A stretch of DNA of 63,496 bases, counting the filler, from Choristocarpus tenellus KU-1152 (lineage: Eukaryota; Protista; Phaeophyceae), in the NCBI GenBank assembly GCA_964200185.2. It is 11 parts of 11 records of this genome, joined end to end, with 100 filler letters (N's around TTAATTAATTAA, not from the genome) between each part and the next. Parts side by side here need not be neighbours in the genome. Positions count along the whole stretch, not along the records: positions 49,563 to 63,496 come from CAXNAD020001319.1; 10 more parts are not named here. One strand, given 5' to 3'. The translations under genes and the position numbers were made by a program. Positions 49,563-63,496 of the stretch are shown piece by piece. Positions within the stretch are counted from its first letter, which is position 1; every line of letters starts with the position of its first letter. The notes beneath the pieces are model-generated. The model made no database searches, was not told the origin of the DNA, and saw only the letters and a list, made by a program, of their open reading frames with translations.

Positions 49563-52500
49563 ACAACAGGCTAGTGGTTCCGAAGCAGCAGTGTACTACT
49601 CCCCCTCTGTGCTTGATGATGCAGGGTGAGTTGGAGTTAGGGTTATGGTCGGTAGCTATTGCACTATTTTTTGTGTTTGATATATATATTGTAGTGAAGG
49701 GATCCAATGAGCTGGGACTTTGGAACATGTGATCCCCTACCGTCACAAGAGCACATGTGATTTTTACCTCCTGCTATGGAGCGCTCTGGAGCACTACAGG
49801 CCGCAATGTAGTGAATGTGGATATTCCTTGTATGCGTATGGGTTTTTTTTTAAATGAACTTCCCTGGTGTTCTTGGATGAGGCAACCGACTCAATTGCAA
49901 ATAGCTTGTTTGTTGCGCTGCCTACCTACTCCTTCCCCTAGGCCCGCTGGAGGCGTGGTTAGGGTATGTGTACCAATCTTCCAGTCTGTGAGGGCGGGCT
50001 GTTTGGTGAAGTATGGGCGTGTGTGTCCATGTGGGTGGGGATGCTGAATGAGAGAGGGAGTTTGAATGGCGTTCTGGTGATTGGGGTTTCCTAAGGATTT
50101 GGATATGTTAAAAAAAAATTGTCTTTTTTTCTGAGGGGGTCGGTGAGGGATTCCAAAAATGTGGAGAAGATATTAAGAAAAAAAAGTATTGATTTTTTTT
50201 TTTCTGTTTTCGAAGAACAGAGGAGGTGATGTGATCTGTGTGGAGTATATATATATATACCTTGGTTCTTTTGAGTTGCCATTCGAGTTTTTTTTTTTTC
50301 TAGCCCTGTTCGGATCACTGTTTTAAATAAAAAAACTATTTTGCAGGTGGTGCTGTAGAGTGGAAAGATTATTATTTTGTGTTACGTTTGAAGAGTTTTT
50401 TATTATTATTTTGTTTTTATTCTGTGTGAACTTTCCTCAAGTAGTAGCTAATGGCAGTGTGGTGCACTTTTTAGTTTCTCATAAAAAAAAAAAATGTCCT
50501 TTTTGTGTGTGTACTATGTGGAAGTGTTTGCAAGGTGTGTGGTACTTTGACTTACTGGTGTTATTTTATGTAAGATTATTTAATTTTTTTTCCATTTTAA
50601 CCATAATTTCCCCGTGCTTGAAATGTGTGTGTACTTTAATGAAGCATTATTGAGTTGTCTTCTACTCTGAACTATTCAACTATTGTACTTGTTCAACTTT
50701 TTAAAATGTAATTTCATACACTTGTTTAAGTCTTTACAGGAGCACTCCCCGCCTGGTAACCATTCTTGTACTTCGTTTCTTTTCATTGACTTTTTTTTCT
50801 TTTTGAGTAGTCCTTGGAAGTATGTGATTGGTTGAAATGATCCCCCTCTCTAGTCGATCACTCCGTTATCGTCAAAATCGTGTATTGATATTGCAAGAAA
50901 GGGTATTAATCAATAGTTAGAACTCACCAAACACCCTCTTCCTGCTCCTTCTCTTCCTGGGAATCCATGTTGTGGATATTCCATCTTGTCAAATCGCCAC
51001 CCTCCTCTGCTTGTCTTTGCCCTCTTGCACATGCTGCATCTCCCAGCCTTACTTCAGACTTTGATCAGCTCGGTGGGAACATCTTGGTGTGTTAGTCCCT
51101 CTTGCCCTGCCTCTGGCCCTCCCTCCCCAGCACACGCTGCACCTGCTCATTGTTCTTTGTCTTTTTCTTGACATGGCAGGGTACAGCATTATTTTTTATA
51201 TTCAGGGTTAGGGTTAGGGTTGGAGCAGGGTAGACTTCACTACTCAGGTGTGGACATCACCAGCATCACGTACCACAGTCTTAGGAAGAGTACTTGTTAT
51301 TGGAAAGGTCATGTGACAAGAGAGAGAGAGAGAGAGTAGAGTGTTCATTCAATCATGATTACTCTCTTTTTTGTGATGTGCTGGAAGGCGGCGTTCTTAG
51401 ATAGTATTTTGTATTTCTCCTCTTTGAGGGGTGTTTAGTATCGATGAGGTTGTGGTATGGTCAATGATGATCTTACAATGCCTTCATCCCGGCTTTTGCT
51501 TTGTAACTGTAACTTTGGCACCAGAATGTGGTGGGCCTAACGCTCCTCAGTACGTTTTCACCAAGTACACTTCAATTTGGTATTTTGTGGGGAGGGGGTG
51601 CGTGTAAGTAAAATCTACTCCTTTGTGGCAACCTCTCAATTCACAACCCTAAGAGGTACAGTAATTCTGCATGGAGTAGTTGTTGAGTAACACTTCATAC
51701 AGTTGATGGATGTGCTGTGTGTGTTACATACGATGTGCAGGTGGGTCTGTTCAAGCTGGGGGGGGAAGTGTTGTCGTACTTGCTTGTGGACCAGGTGGGG
51801 AAACGTCTCCTGTTCCTCACGAGCTCCACCATGGTCACCTTCTTCCTCGTCTTTCTTGGTGGGTGAACAATGTGCTGCAGTGGTGGTATGCCATTTCTGC
51901 AACCACTGATATTTGTTTTGTGTTCCAGTGTGTTTTGTATGGTTACTAGATACTTCAAAGACAAGTGTTACAGTATGCTTTTGTGTATTGTGTGGTGTGC
52001 ACCTCACTCAACCTACACAATGTGGTAAGGATTAGGGTTTTAGATGTAACAACAGTTGTAACATTGTGATGGTATTTCAGGCTTTCTGAGTGAAGTAAGT
52101 GAAAAACAATAAATAGCCACGGCTCTATAGTTGTTCTGTAGGTGTTCTGTAAGAATTGCATAGTAAGTGGGAATGGTGTTTGTTGCCCTGTAGCCCTCTC
52201 TCCCTGACCATGAACCTAACCTGAGAACTTCTTGATTGGCAGTCAGTGCACTTTGGAACCCTTAAAATTGGCATTCAACATATCGGTTCACACTCTTTTT
52301 CTTCCATTTACTACGGATTATTGGTACAGCTGTAGAAGCCCCCAGTACTTGATGATGAAAGTAAGGCATGCCTTTCCTTTCCCTGTTTGCCTGGGCACTC
52401 TTCTAGATGAGGTGCTTTTGATTGACGAGATCTCCAATGAGACACAACTAATGTGTCTCCATCTGCTTCCTCTCCCCCTTCCCCCCCTATGCATACAATG

Positions 52501-55500
52501 CAAAAACAAATATGTGTGTAATGGTGGTGTCTGCAGCTATCAGCTTTTCTGCCAGTGCTGCTGCATGGGTGACCCTCACAGGCCTGTGTCTGTTCATGTT
52601 TTCATTCTCTGTAGGGATGGGGGCGCTGACCTTTGTAGTGGCAGCTGAGGTGAGAAGGAGGAAATGGTCCTCCAGTTGTTGTTATGCTTGCGTCCAAGAA
52701 ATTTCCATTACTTCTACTCTCCTGTTTTTCTTGTGTGGGAAGGTCTGGGTTGCAAGTGGTACAAACTCTATTGTGTTGGTTGTATTGACAGCTTGTATGT
52801 CGCGTCTTTTTTCCCATGACAATGTATGCGCAAATTGTTGTTGGGTGTTCAATATCATCGCTTGTGTGCGATGTGCTTTGTATATATGAGAGGAGTGCTG
52901 TGCCAACATCATTGATTTAATGTTGTAATTCATTGGAAGGATGATTTTTATGTGTCTAGCAATATGGATCACTGTGCTGCAAGAAGAGATTCTGGGACTT
53001 CAGGGATAGTCATACTATAGTGCATTGAGAAATATGTCAAGTACAAAGGATGGAACTGCATGAGGATCAGAGGCATTATGAGCACCATAGTGAAAAGACT
53101 TTCGAGGTTGGGAGGGGTTCTTTGGCAGTTTGTTGCACACACAATGAATTGTACTTGGGAGCTGGTTAGTCGCGAAACGGCTAAATCCCGATAGTGTAGA
53201 GCAGTCACAATATATGGGAGAAAATTCCCACTGGTCGGTCTGGTGCTTTCAAGAGACAGACACTAAGTGACATTAGGCGAACACAACCTTGTGTTCAAGT
53301 CCGTCCTCCTGTACGGTTCTTTTCAGAACATGGTCGACTCCCTAGTCCCCTTTGCACAGGTTATAAGTTTTGGTGGGACTTACAGAAATGGATCTCAGCA
53401 AGTTGCCCATCTGGGGTGGTGGTGAAGCCTGCACGGAATATATAGTCGGCGAGCATGGTGGCTTGCCATATTGAGGTGAATTGGAGGCCGTGGACAGAGT
53501 TTGATTGTTCACCTACCTACCCACCAGAGATGAGTTATGAAGAAATGAAGAGGGTGGTTATGTCATCAGTTACTTGTCCAAGGAAAGTACTACAACAATT
53601 CCACATTTTGCCTTGCAAAAGGGATGCAAGGTGAGGCAATCAGAGACAAACCATCAATGTACAGACCAGGGCGGAACCAAGGCTCTGGTTCTGCCTACAG
53701 GATAGGCGCTTCTGGTGAGTGTGTAGGTTGTATCTTGCATGTAGATTGCCTGCAACCAGACCTCCAGGGATGGTTCGGACAGAGATATTCCCCTCACCAT
53801 CCAGTAGGTCACACGATGAGGCGAGGAACAGAAACGGGACTGACTTTGAGGGGTTAAAAAAAAAACAGAACTTTTTCATGACATCTCCTGCTCTCACTAT
53901 AGCTGGATGGTCTAATGTGAAGGCAGCAATGGCCAAAGGCCTGAAGGAACTTGGCCGTGAGGTTGCAGTTGTGTGTGACCCTGGGGATAAAAGATGCACA
54001 AACCCCCTGAGTGCACAAACTTGCCAACATGCTGTCTGTCGAGAACTCCTGTACATGTTGGAACCAAGGGAATATTACCTCCCAGACTCAAGGAGACATT
54101 GTGCTAAAGGTGGAGTGCCTAGATGATTGTTTATGCCACTGGGCGTTACTTTACACCCTTCACATCCCTGGACTCCCCTGTTGACTTCTCAGCACTGGTG
54201 TGTTGAGGTGATCCAGTGGAGAATTCATCAATCAGACATAAAAGGGAGCGATATCAGGCTCAGCCAAGATCTCTCCAAGGTGTTGTTGAGAGAGGAGCAG
54301 TCATTCCTGGCACTGGTGGGATCCATTAAAACTGGTTCTGCCGAGCATGCAGTACTTACCAACAGGCGCCAAGAGCTGAACCTGAAGGACTTGCCTGACA
54401 TCCTTTGCCACGTTGCAAGAAGAGGTTAGTCAAATCGCTGCTATGCAAGGAGTGCAAATATGAGTGTTTGACCTGTGCACAAGGCATCAGAACACCCAAG
54501 AACCCTGGGAAGGTGACTCATGCTGACATGGACGGGACAATTCACCCCAATAGAATAGACATGGATTGGGGTACTTCCAAGTCTTTGCAGACGAAGCACA
54601 TTGTGACAGGTGTACTTGTGACTGGTGTACTTGTGGGTGGGCTTCATAACCTGTCATACAGCAACAGGTGCGGTGGCCTTGTACATCAATGTCCCACCAA
54701 GAGATTGGATTCCTGTTTAGTCCATCGGTGGGGATGGTGCTGGAAAATTGGGTAGATCAGTCAAATTCCAACATATGTGGCCCGAAGAGGATGCCCTGAA
54801 GTAATGGAATCATCGAGAGGGGGATCAAGCAGCTCATGAAGGCCACCCAGAGTCAGTTACTGAAGGAAGGAATAGGTGAGGAATCTGGGTTCTTTGCCGT
54901 ATCCGAGTCTGCTTACAAGTTGAGCGGCATGTTTCTTGGATGTCTGGGCTAGGTTGCACCCTCATGAATGCCTTTTGGGTGGCAAACCTTTCGATTAGCG
55001 CAGTCGCCGTGTTTCAACAAGTGAGAATAACGTGCATCAACACAAGCAGGCATTGAAGAGCAGCAACAATGTCTCACCCCTATGCCAATAGGCACTTCCT
55101 GTCAGGTCGCAACAGGACTTCCCCTTGCTGGTACATGTGGATGCCCAATGATGTGGAAATACTTTTAACCACTGCGGATGTCATGTTCAAGGAGGAGCCC
55201 AACCAACCCTCTAAGGGTTGTGGGGGAGATGGGAAATGGATAGTTTGTTTGATGATGGAGATCAATAGGTCATCTTCACAGTACAATAGGCAAACAGTGA
55301 TTCCGAAGGAGCTGAAGAACCTGAGAAAGGTGCTAAGGAAGTTGAGGTGGAATCTCCGAGGACACCTGACCCCAAACACACGAGATCTCCTAAAAAAAAA
55401 TGTGAAGATTACTCCACCTTGCTCAGCTTCAAAGAGGGGAAATCGCCCCAGATTTGTTTTATCAACCTGATGGTAGTGACTCTGAACTCGTTATCCTGGT

Positions 55501-58500
55501 AGAGTTTTTGTCAGTATCAAGCCATTTTTGATGCCTTCTGCCTACTGGATTGGACTGGGGAAGTTCCTATCAAACCTGACGAGCCCATATATCATGGCTA
55601 AGCCAATGATGAGGTCTGCTCAATGCACTGAACTCTGGCTGGATGCAAGGACAAGAAGATGGACGGACTCATTGCAATTGTAATTGTTCAGTTTTGTCCG
55701 TCTCGACAAGGGAGTGAAACCAATCGAGAGGAAGTTTGAAAAGACTCTCTCTATATATAGATATAGATATGATCTGAAGTAATTGGTGAAGGAGTGGTTA
55801 CATGTAACTCATTGGAACTGTTCCGGGTGGTCAGTGAGAGAGCAGCAAATATGTTGAATGTCTGTAGTACTGCTTCAGCAAGGATGGAAGGGTATCTATC
55901 CTGACCACCTGTGTGGATGAAATATCACAGGTGGCTACGTAAAGGAAGCAGAAGGGATACACAACCACCTCCAACTGAGGTGTGAGGGTCGTTTCCTTGG
56001 GACTCCTGAACTTGTGGTTGGGATAGGGCTCGTCAAGGAGGGCTGTTTTCTGTTGGGCTAAGAGTTACATGCCGAGATCATCATCCTGGAAGGGGGACAG
56101 GATCTCTTGAAGTAGTTAAAATACAACGGAAATTTATATCAACCCAGGCGTGGATTTTTTAGCAACACTTTTGGGTGTGCTATGTTTCTTGCTGAGGCTA
56201 GATGACTGACCTCATAATTGCAACAGAAGAACCTGGCAGGCTGGTGAGCTTATATTAGAACTGCTGACAAGCACTACATCACACACTACATTACTTAGCC
56301 TGCAGCCTGCACTATGGGATACAACTACTCAGCACAGCACAGCTAGGTGCCCCACCGGGCACCAGGGAGGGAGCTAGCAAGTTATCAGATACAGGCTGGG
56401 CAAATGATACTGTGACTAGGAGAAGTGTGTCAGGGTACATTTTACCGTACTATGGTTCTCCCTTCCACGACACTCCAAGCTCCAAAGCTCCGTCACATGG
56501 TCTATAGCTCTGAGGCTGAACGGAGGGTGATGCCCTTGTGATGAGAAATTACATTTTCATGTGTGGACTTGTGGGAGAGATAGGTCAAGAGTAGGACATA
56601 GCCACCTGGTTAGAGGACAAGCAAAAGTTCAATTCAGATGGGGAGTATCATCAGGTTGCCGAACACAGTATCCGTGTTGATGTCATGGTAAAATGTACCG
56701 GAGAGGACCTTGAGAGCAGGGCTGTTTTAAGGTGGAATATGGTAGCGTGGACAAGTAGTTGGCAGGTGTATTTCCAAGAGACTGCGAGGTTCGCAGACAA
56801 CAGCTTTCACTGGCGGTGTCATGTGATGTGTCACAAGAACTGTGCGTGCTCAGGGGGGGGGGGGTTGCAGTGAGAAGGTATTCTGGGATTTTAGGCACAT
56901 TAATACTATATTGTGCTGAGCAATATGTCAGGAGTGAAGGACAGGATTTATTGGGCTTAGAGGTATTACAAATGCCATAACATGAAGGGTTTTTTTTTGG
57001 GGGGGGGGGTTGTCAGCTATTTGTAGGCATGATGAGTTGTACTTGGGAGCTGGTTAGCGATGAAACAGCTATATCCCGATACTGTAGAGCAGTTACAATA
57101 TATGGGAGAAAAAATCTTATCAGTCTGGTCTTTTTTGAGGGACACACTAAGTAACATAAGGTGAACTCCACCATGTGTGCTACTCAGTCCTCTAGTGAAG
57201 ATCTTGTCAGAAAATGATTGACCTCACAGTTCCCCTTGCATAATTGTCATAATTCTTTTTAGGTTTCATCATTATAGGAACAGATTAGAATACCATTTGC
57301 AGAAATAGACGGTAAAATTTATTGACAGAGTAGGGATACTAATAATAGCAGCAATATTACAATAAATAGTTTGTGTGACTAGTTGTAATATTTTTATGGT
57401 CCTATGTTGTATCATCAGTACTTAGGGGGCACCACGAGATATAGAACCATATATTTTAATCACACAGAATTGCCTGTGCATCATCTTGGGCCAACAAAAT
57501 GTCTTTGTTCATCAACCTCTTTTAGGGAAGCAAATAGTAGAAATGGTGGAGTCGGCGGAAGAGGATGACCGAAAGAAACCAATGAGCATTTTGAGCTTGT
57601 TCAATCAGTGGTATATACATACACTGTGATGCCTCATCTGTTCATGCAGAAATTATCCCCCACTGCCGCCATTCTATCCAGGAACATTTTCAATCAGAGT
57701 GTGGCGTGGTAAACTATTTAGATTATCATCAATTTATCTTCAGAGCTGTATGGCGTGTTGAGCCCTGTCATACGAACATATACAAGAAGTGTCGTGCACA
57801 TAAAATGTAAAATGTTAGATCGAAACTAATTTTTTTTTTCTGAAGGAGCTGACCCAGAGTAAAAAACCTCAATTATTTTTTTTGCGGGACTGGCTTGGGC
57901 AGAGGGTAGAATAATTTTCTTTTGGCGGCACAGCACCAGGGCGTCTTCAGAAAATGTTTTGGGAAGGATGGAATCCAAACTTTTTTGTTGAATAGTGTCG
58001 ATTGACAAATGACCCTAATTTATATGTAATTTATTGCATTGTAATTATCTGTATAGAGTATATAATTAAAAAAAAAATTAGAGTACTGCGAAGTTTTATC
58101 TAGGTCATCCGTTAGAATTCATGAAATCGCAGAAAGTATCGAATGCAGGCATATGATACAGTGTTTTTCTTGTGGTGTTCATGGCTGATTTCGTATTCCG
58201 ATTTTTTATTTGGAGCCAAAGTATCTTAGAGGGTAGAGCCGCCCGCGTCCATTTGGGGGTCAAAATCCAATTTTGCGATTTTGATGTGATTTTGGCTATC
58301 GTGTTTGTTAGGAAGTGTCAATATCCTTGTTCCGGGCACACCTTTTCATAACATGTATACATTTTGCCTACTACTCTGAAACATTTTGGAGTAGGAAAAT
58401 GTCATCAAAATATCCCATGGGAAGTCAAGCCCCGAATGGACAAACAAGGCAAAACTCGTACCCTCTAAGATGATTTCACTCTTTGGTGTGAGGGACCAAG

Positions 58501-60768
58501 CACCGATTTGTGGGTAGAGTGGTTGCCTTATCTGGCAAGTAGAATAAAAAATGGAATTTCTCACTTTCATTTACATATAGTATGGCTTTTTGTATACTTG
58601 AACCAAGAATTGAGGGAGGGGGGCTTTGCTCATTTCCGTATCAAGTTTCCTATGTGTTGCCATACAGTGCGTATCCATCACAGTGAGAAAATGACCCTAT
58701 TCAACATCTTGCATATGGGAATAATTCTCCCCATTACCCACGTGTACTTGCTCCCTCGTGCTAAATTGTATTTTCGGAATACTAATCGGCAACACACTAC
58801 TAAGGGCCAAGAAAGTTCCTATCCTATGCCCATGTTCACGTTTTTCCAGGACCAAATTTTCATATACCAGCCCTAGTATCAATACTCCGCCCAACACCTG
58901 GCACATACTTGTCACAAACTATTTTGGTGAGTAAAGGGGTGAAGAATCACAGTTGAGAGAACAGTGGACACTGAGAGTTGTTGAGTTGCGAACCTTCCAG
59001 TCGGGCCTGACCAATCTGTAACCCCACTCTGCCCAGCAGAAAGTGATACTCAATCCATCCTTCCATATACATCTTTCCCAAACCTGTCTGGTGCCAGCCC
59101 CATTCATAGCAGAGAGAGGTCCTGGCCCAGCCTTTCAAATTTTATTACTTTTTTACTGGGCCTGCTCGCATCCTGGTCCCACTGAATTTCTTCCAACTCT
59201 TTCGAAGGGTATTATTGTGGAGGCTGCTTGCAGTCCAACCCCATCAAAATCACCTGCTTCAGTGTTATGCCCTGGCTTTGGGGGTGGGGTGGAACACTGT
59301 ATCCATTTTATGCACATGCTTTCTAGACATGCAATCCCAGGGACCAAGCAAAATTGCTATGGATAGCCTGGTAGGTGACTGTGCTTGTTGTTGTACACTG
59401 TAAGATTCAATAGTGAACGGCACGATCTGTCCACTTCTCCATATTGGTACCTACGTGCGCCTAGAGAGGCGCTCACCTTTACATGTACCAGGTGCAACAC
59501 ACTGGGCAGGCAGGCATCCCTTAGGCATTTTTGGCTTGTTCTTCACTTGGTATCCTCTGCTACTTATGTTTGTTAGTACTCCGGCTATGTTTCCCCCTAT
59601 GTTTGCTCTCATTGTTGCCACTGAGATGAGAACCTTTATTTGCCAGCGAGCGGAATTTACAGGAAATCGTCCCAACGACCATTTCCTTTGCGATCTACTT
59701 CATGACACTCAAAATGGATAATTGAACATACTGAATATGAGCTTTTTGACAAATTGGTATCTTTACAATGAAGAATGATTTCAACAAATCGTTCCTATTA
59801 GTAGCGCAGCAGTAGTGGAGGTATTTAGCAAAACGTGCGGTTACAAGGCGTTACTTTTCTTACCTCATTTCTTTTTCAGGAAATTGTTCTCATTATGTAC
59901 ATCATCTCGTTTTTGTAGATTGTCTTCGAATGTTGAATGTGTACCATGATATTAGTATTTTGTTATCTTTAATTTAATAGACCTTGACAATTTCAAACCT
60001 GCTCTAACGCATCTACTTGATATCTTTCCTCTCCCTCCCCCCCCCTACTTTTGTGCCACAGATCTTTCCGCTTCTTCATCGTGGCAGGGGCGTGAGCATG
60101 GTGGTGTGTGTAAACCGCCTCACAAGCGGCTCTGTGGCTCTGGTGTTTCCTCTCCTTGAGAGGTCCATTTCCGCTGGTGGAACATTCTTTCTATTCTTTT
60201 TGGCTTCGTCTGTTACAGTGTGGTTCTACTATGTGAGTACCACAGTCGATTTGACTGACTGCATCTACTTCCCTCCACCTTAAGGGTGGGATTGGGGTTG
60301 AGGTCTTGCGTTAGCAAGAACAGTAAAGTTAGCAACTCTTTTTGCCAAACGGTAAGATAAAATGTTGCTTTCGTTCCAGGTTACCTTTTTTGTTAACTCT
60401 CACAAAAATACTTCAATTTGTGCTTTTTGTCTACAAACGCTTTTGGTAGGGGTCATCATCATTGTCCTAATGCATGTATGCTTACAAAATTATTGCCGAG
60501 GTATGTGTACCATGTACTATCAAAGAGTAATTCAATCACCAATAGCTGCGAATGACCTCAGCTGTACCTTATCCTTGATCCCCTCTTATACTTCCTGCGT
60601 GGTGTCAAATGCAAGATGTATCTGCCTGAGACTGCTGGGAAATCCCTCGAGGAGATATCAGCTTGTACAACAACAGGAGATGGGATGGGGGAGCATCGCG
60701 GGGAAGATACTGCAGCGAGGCTAGGGTTGGGACCCCAAGCAGATCCTGGTACTGTGGCAGAACTGTGA
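49563..60768 (+). CDS. MFS sugar porter (GLUT/polyol transporter-like), last six exons
   Basis: In-phase exons <49563-49625 (QQASGSEAAVYYSP), 51047-51086, 51741-51858 (LVDQVGKRLL), 52537-52649 (FSFSVGMGALTFVVAAE), 60062-60232 (IFPLLHRGRG...VNRL), 60616-60768 (YLPETAGKSLEEI...*). Confidence 0.94.
52975..57242 (+). mobile_element. Old full-length Ty1/copia LTR retrotransposon in the transporter intron
   Basis: Diverged LTRs ~52975-53358 and ~56865-57242; GGTTAT PBS-like sequence after the 5' LTR; poly-G PPT at 56853-56864; integrase remnants (CLTCAQG, THADMDG, NGIIERG) and RNase H remnants (GWANDTVTRRSVSGY, EAE). Confidence 0.88.
58213..58481 (+). mobile_element. Sola2-like MITE copy E
   Basis: GAGCCAAAGTATCTTAGAGGGTA ... 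TTTCACTC; TSD TTTG (58209-58212/58482-58485). Confidence 0.88.
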
Positions 60769-61326
60769 TGATGTACATACCTTGCTGTAGCATGAGCAGC
60801 AGCAGTAGTTGTAGTAGCAGACTTAATGTTTAGTCTGTAAGGAGGGACTGTTGCCAAGGAGTGTGTGCTAGACATGTGTAAAACCTGAGTACGCAGCAAT
60901 GCTATGCTGTGTTGGGGGAGGGTTGATGGTGTTTCAGATGCCTGGGCAGACAACCCCCAGATTTATGTGTGCGTGCATGATATGTGTGGTTTCCTGTGGA
61001 GAGGATGTGGTAGCTGACTGTTATGCTGTTGATGATGTGATCATACTAAACGGCATGTTGATGTTTATTTTTGTCTACCTATAAACAAGATAGTGTATCG
61101 GTAATAGCATGATACATTCTTCTTGGTATACAAGAGGTTAGTTGAGCAAGCCTTTCATTATTGAATACATGGAATATGTTGTACAGAAAGTAAATTTATG
61201 TCCTCAGTTTAAGGTGCTATTCTTTTGAATATGGGTGCTGTACTCTGATCATCTTCTTGGGAGCTATTACATAATCGTCAGTGCATGGTTTACTACACAA
61301 ATCAAATAGAAGGGCTCTAGATAGTC

Positions 61327-61583
61327 AATTTAAAGTATCTTAGAGGGTATGAGTTTTCCCCTGTTTGTCCATTGGGGCTTGGCTTCCCATGGGTTTCTTA
61401 TGACATTTTCCTACTCCAAAATTTTTAGGAGTAGGTAAAATGTTTACGTTATGAAAAGTTGTGTCTGAAACATATATATTGACTCTTCCTGGCAAACACG
61501 ATAGCCAAAATTACATCAAAATCGCAACATTAGACTTTGACCCCCAAATGGACGCGACTCTACCCTCTAAGATACTTTGGCTC
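61327..61583 (-). mobile_element. Sola2-like MITE copy F
   Basis: ...AAAGTATCTTAGAGGGTA ... TACCCTCTAAGATACTTTGGCTC; TSD AGTC (61323-61326/61584-61587). Confidence 0.88.
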
Positions 61584-63443
61584 AGTCCAGTCGTTGCAGT
61601 TTAAAGAAATGATTATTTTCAGCAGTCCAGACTAATTAAAGCCACCTCTGGTCAATAAACCCCACCTAGTGCTGTCTTTTTCCACCCCCTGCAGAAAGGA
61701 AAGGGTATTCAATGCTAGCATAGTTACAAGTAGCAGCGGTAATGATTTGTCATCGTACGTAGCTATGTAGCCAAGAAAAGGGAGATATTCCTGTGATACA
61801 GGATGCACGAGCATCTGCATTGGTTTGCCTTGAGTCTGAGGATTGATTGTGACTACCTAAGTAAGTGATTGGATTGTCTCAATTTAGTCTCATTGCTTGA
61901 CAGGTTCCATCCATGTCTCTGTTGACAGTACTGCTGCAGGCTCAGATCGAGTGGACTTGCACGAGTTGTTGATGCGGACCAAATCCTTAGGAAGTTCGGA
62001 TCGTCACAGAATTTTAGGCGCCAAAGCTGTAGCAATTGTGTTTTGTGATAGAAATGAGAACCAGCTCACGGTGGTGAAAGTGTACTGCTACGTCATTTTT
62101 TGTGCTTCGTGCGTATATAGTACCATTACATTCCTGAATATTTTGTTTTACACAAAAAAGTTCAAACAGTGTGTTGTCCTTGTAACTGTCACCTCGCGGT
62201 GCCTGTGTTATGATATCAGTAAAGTCTAGATGATAACAAGTGTCTCCTCGAGGGAAATTGATGTTGGTGACTCGTAGTGCACTATGATTTGTTCGTAGGT
62301 CAGATCAGGAATGGATGCCAATATTTGGTACAGGAAGTGATCTTTTCCCCTGCAACAAGGTAACTAATGCCAGAGATGATTATGATGTAGATTAATGTAT
62401 CTAATTTCTTACAGAATGCTACTATATCAGGTGGCTCAACGAGTAACTCTGGGAATGACACAAATTTAGCTCTTCAGCATGAACACACCAAATGGCATGC
62501 ATGTACTGTAATATACTTTAAACCATTGCTTTACACATGGAAGGAAGATGGAAATGACTGAACCAGCATGTGCAACCACGTTCCAGCATCATGAAACCAC
62601 CAGCCAACACAAAGCTTCCACGTAAGTAACCTCGACACCTCGTTCTATCTGTGCACCACCATGTAAAATAATCGCTAGTGAAGTGTGCCTCTTGACCTCT
62701 ACTTACAACCCAACGCAAATATTTTCTCTTTCATTCATGAAGGTTCTTCACATGATGTCTGGCAAGTACAACTGTTGGGGTTTCTTACCACATTGCATGT
62801 CATACCATCAAAATCAATCAAAGCATTATCAGGTTGTTACCTAGTGCTGCAGTTGTCTGCATGCCTAGCGTAACCCCATTTAATCTATTCCGCCGTACAA
62901 CCGGGGGGGAAAGCAGATCAGAGGCTAGTACGGGGAATGGTACTGCTCTGTAGTTATCATCAATTGAATAATGCCAAACGACCAAAACCTGGGTACATTT
63001 CGTTTACGTTGGTTCAGAAATGTTAAGGTGTACCCTTGATACTTCATTGGCCAAAGAGAAAACCCAAAAGTCAGGACCAAACACTGATCCGCTGTATTCC
63101 ATGTTGGGAACTGTAAGTACCTGTCAGCAATCAGATACTTTCGGCTCGCCTGCTGGCTTTGACCCCAACGTGACTTACATGGAGAAAGTACTTCTAGGCT
63201 AGATAGAGCCGCAAAGAGAGCATGGCGATTGTGGACCTTGCTGTGATTTCATGGTCAGCTTGGTAAAGAACATGTTGATCTTGTGAGAAGCTCAAGAGTA
63301 GGGGAATGCGATCACCTAGCTAACCATAGGTTATCGGTCGGGCAGGAGATGAAGGCAACAGATTACAAAATTAGACCTGGTAGCTAAACTTAGAAGAAGG
63401 GCATGTCTGGAATAATGCAACAAGCACAGAGTCTTTCCATCCT

Positions 63444-63496
63444 GACCCAAAGTATCTGGGGGGGGGGGGGTCCATTTAGGTCAAAATCAGGAAAAG
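63444..63496 (+). mobile_element. Start of poly-G-TIR Sola2-like element
   Basis: GACCCAAAGTATCTGGGGG...GTCCATTTAGGTCAAAATC; the interior matches the MITE subterminal sequence GTCCATTTGGGGGTCAAAATCC. Confidence 0.6.

Noticed and set aside
61600-63440. Coding-like patches after the transporter gene
   Set aside because: No recognisable motifs or consistent exon chain.

Overview
Eukaryotic genomic DNA made of 11 unrelated contigs joined by artificial N-spacers (N45-TTAATTAATTAA-N43/44). It is intron-rich and transposon-rich. A flagellar dynein, TTAGGG repeats, kb-long GT-AG introns and a plant-type NADH kinase suggest a stramenopile such as a brown alga (inference). Host genes read by hand: the 3' five exons of an outer-arm-type axonemal dynein heavy chain, the last six exons of an MFS sugar porter, two exons of an NADK3-like kinase, the last exon of a protein kinase, four phase-0 exons of a low-complexity protein, and a ~9 kb decayed multi-exon gene (coiled coil + unknown domain + Ser/Thr kinase). 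Mobile DNA: Ty3/gypsy and Ty1/copia remnants (one full-length decayed copia inside a transporter intron), plant-type mariner halves, an RTE-LINE remnant, a nested foldback, and six copies of a ~250 bp MITE. The MITE has GAG...CTC ends and 4-bp TSDs (Sola2-like), and a longer poly-G-TIR relative sits at several contig breaks. Best leads: a spliced, decayed ORF resembling a beta-class N6A/N4C DNA methyltransferase domain; the kinase gene beside a probable transposon end; and an apparent CpG-deamination footprint. No prokaryotic-type system, CRISPR array or RNA gene is supported.
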